Assembly: GCA_014905635.1 (NCBI GenBank)
Contig: JABVCE010000002.1
Span: 124,001 to 188,000, forward strand
Origin: Scenedesmus sp. PABB004
Taxonomy: Eukaryota
Reading direction: 5' to 3'
Length of the DNA stretch: 64,000 bases
Shown: piece by piece, positions 61,957-64,000 of the stretch
Layout: every line of letters begins with the position of its first letter
Position numbering within the stretch: the first letter of the stretch is position 1
Made by a program: the position numbers and the translations under genes
The notes under the pieces: generated by a model
What the model saw: the letters and a program-made list of their open reading frames with translations, nothing else
What the model was told of the DNA's origin: nothing
Database searches by the model: none

Positions 61957-63538
61957 GGCCGGCGCGCGCGCGCGGGCGCGCGCCGCCCGCCGCCCGCCGC
62001 AGGCGGCGGGCGGCGGCCGCCGCGCGCGCGCGCGCGCGGCAGCGGGCGGGCGGGCGGGCGGGCGGGCGCCTCCCGCCCGCCGCGTGTACAACCAGCAATT
62101 GGTCGCGGCGCCCAGCCGCGGCCCGCGCCTGCACGGGGTGGGGGGGGCGGGGCGGGGGCCGCCGGCGCGCGCCGCGCGCCGGCGGCCGGCGGGCGGCGGG
62201 CGGCCCGCTCGGCCGCGCCCGCGCGCACATGCACAGGCCTCTCTTGCTTCCAGGGGCGACGCAGGTTTCGGGAGGGGCGGCGCGCGGGCCCCCCGCAGAA
62301 TGCCGGGAAAAGGGCAGCGCGCCCGCCGGCGGCAGCCGTCGCACGCCGCCGCTGACGGGCGGGCGTGGGCTGCGCGCGCCCGCCTGGCGTCGCACGCGGC
62401 CGCGCGGTCTCATTGATTGTGCCGCGCGGCGGCGGCGGCGCAGGCGCGGGGAAGCGCCAGCAGCGGGGCCGACGCGGCGCCGCGTGGGCGGGGGTGATCG
62501 ATCGGGGCGCGTCAACCCTGGGCAGGCGGGGCATGGGCGTGCGTGGCGGGCGCGGCGCGGGCGGCGCCGCGGCGCGGCGGCCGGCGGGGGCGGGCCCTCC
62601 GGGCGCGCCCCCGTGCGGCGCGCGCGAGCGGGGTGCTGCTGCAGCGATGCAGCCGCCTTGTGTGTACACTACGGCTGGCAAGAGCGGCGGGCGGGGCGCG
62701 CGTGAACGGTCGGGCCTCTTCGCCGCCTCTGTTGTATTGGGTGGCGCGTGTACCTGTATGGTGGTGGTGGTGCGTCCCGTGTGCTCGGATGGAACGGAGT
62801 GTACCACCAAGCGTTGGCTCCCTCGGCGGCGCGGGCGTGCGCTGCGTGCGCTGCGCGCCTTTTGTCTCGACTCGACTTGTGTTTGGCCCCCGCGCGCCGC
62901 GGCGGCGCGTCTCGGCCGCCCGCGGGGGCGCGCCGGCTGGGCCGGCCGCGTGTGCGCTGCAGGCAGCGCCGCGGCGTGGGGCCGTGTGCCGCGAGGCACT
63001 GCTGGCTGGCTGGCGGGCGGAGTGCAGGCGCTGCGTCGCGGCGCCGTCACAGAGGCGCGCCCGCGCGTGCAACCCCAGGCCAGGTCGCCGCCCCCGCACG
63101 AGCAGCTCGAGCTAGATAGAGGCGGCGGACGGCGGGCGCTCGCTCGCTCTCCTGGCCGCTTACCCTGCCGCTGCTGCCCTCACGGCCGCAGCCGCTCCCT
63201 TCAGCAGCAGCGCACGCACGCCGCCGCGCATCGCCGCAGCGCGCCGCACCGAGGCACACACGGATCGCCAGCGCCCCCGGCCCCGCCCGCCCCGTCCCTC
63301 CCGCTAGGCGCTAGGCTCTGTCCCCGCCTGCACAACAATACCCAGACTGCCGACGCGCTGCGGGCGGCGCTGGCCGCGCGCGCGCCCGCTGCTGGCCGCC
63401 GCCCCTCCCCACTCCGCGCGCTGCGCGGCGCGGAGTGGCGCCGCCCGCCCCGCCCTGCCCCCGCCCCCGCCGCCGCTGCGGCGCCGGCCCGGCCCGCCCC
63501 GCCCAAGCTGCAGCTCGCTCGCGTCGCCGGCGCCGCGC

Positions 63539-64000
63539 CTAGTTGGTCGCGTACTGGCGCGTCCACTCCTGGGCTGCGCGCAGTGCGGCGGCGGGCGGTC
63601 GGCCGCAGCGGGCGGGGGCGGCCGGGACCCCCCGGCCTGCCTGCCGCCCGCGCCGCGCCGCCCGCGCACCTGTCTGCACCGCCTCGGCCTCGTTCTCCTT
63701 CCAGTGCTTGGCCACGTTGTCGGCCAGCGGGTCGTCCGGGTTGGGCGCGCTCAGCAGCGCTTGGATGCTGCGCGCGCGCGCGCGCGGCGCGGCGGGCGCG
63801 GCGGGCGTCGCGCGCGCGCGCGGCGCGGCGGGCGTCGCGCGCGCGCGCGGCGCGGCGGGCGCGGCGGGCGTCGCGCGCGCGCGCCCGCGCGTGCAAGCAA
63901 ACGCCGGCGCGGGCCCCGCCCGCTCGCCCGCCCGTCCGCGCGCCGCGCGCCGCGCTCTGCGCCGTGCCTGAGCAGCACGGTGCGGATCTGCAGCGCGGGG
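63539..64000 (-). CDS. UBC13: Ubiquitin-conjugating enzyme E2 N (UBC13), 3' part; truncated by the window edge
   Basis: [54 protein letters not shown]. Exons 64000-63968, 63767-63670, 63573-63539. Confidence 0.95.
   Translation of the reverse strand, partial: PRAADPHRAAQARRRARRAARGRAGERAGPAPAFACTRGRARATPAAPAAPRARATPAAPRARATPAAPAAPRARARSIQALLSAPNPDDPLADNVAKHWKENEAEAVQTGARAARRGRQAGRGVPAAPARCGRPPAAALRAAQEWTRQYATN
63770..63885. repeat. GC-rich compound tandem repeat in a UBC13 intron
   Basis: Repeated cgcgcgcgcggcgcggcgggcgt units. Confidence 0.75.

Overview
Gene-dense eukaryotic nuclear DNA with extremely high GC content (roughly 80% by eye). It is most likely from a chlorophycean green alga (Sphaeropleales-like; inferred from plastid-type MCAT, biotin carboxylase and CGS, an OPR protein, TGTAA poly(A) signals and short GC-rich introns). 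About 27 mostly intron-containing protein genes can be reconstructed by hand: mS34, MCAT, a LEA-like protein, Ran, NPHP4, a secreted collagen-like protein, an OPR protein, biotin carboxylase, two F-box-type proteins, RH7/DDX21, CGS, three tandem secreted FN3 + CBM10-like proteins, MOK/LF4, TSNAXIP1-N-like, UPF0193, an Rpp21-domain protein, APC10, a PyrP2-family HAD protein and part of UBC13. Most long ORFs in the supplied track are GC artefacts. The most interesting signals are: (1) about a quarter of introns use GC-AG, always after an exonic AG; (2) a tandem family of non-catalytic secreted FN3/CBM10-like/Pro-Ala proteins that may be a cellulose-wall scaffold; (3) a 68-bp near-perfect intronic hairpin; (4) a multi-stem, strand-asymmetric RNA structure in an RH7 intron; (5) a candidate bicistronic 32-aa micro-ORF; (6) a secreted Gly-X-Y protein; (7) several cilia-linked genes. 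All family assignments come from remembered motifs, not database searches. Splice coordinates were read by hand.
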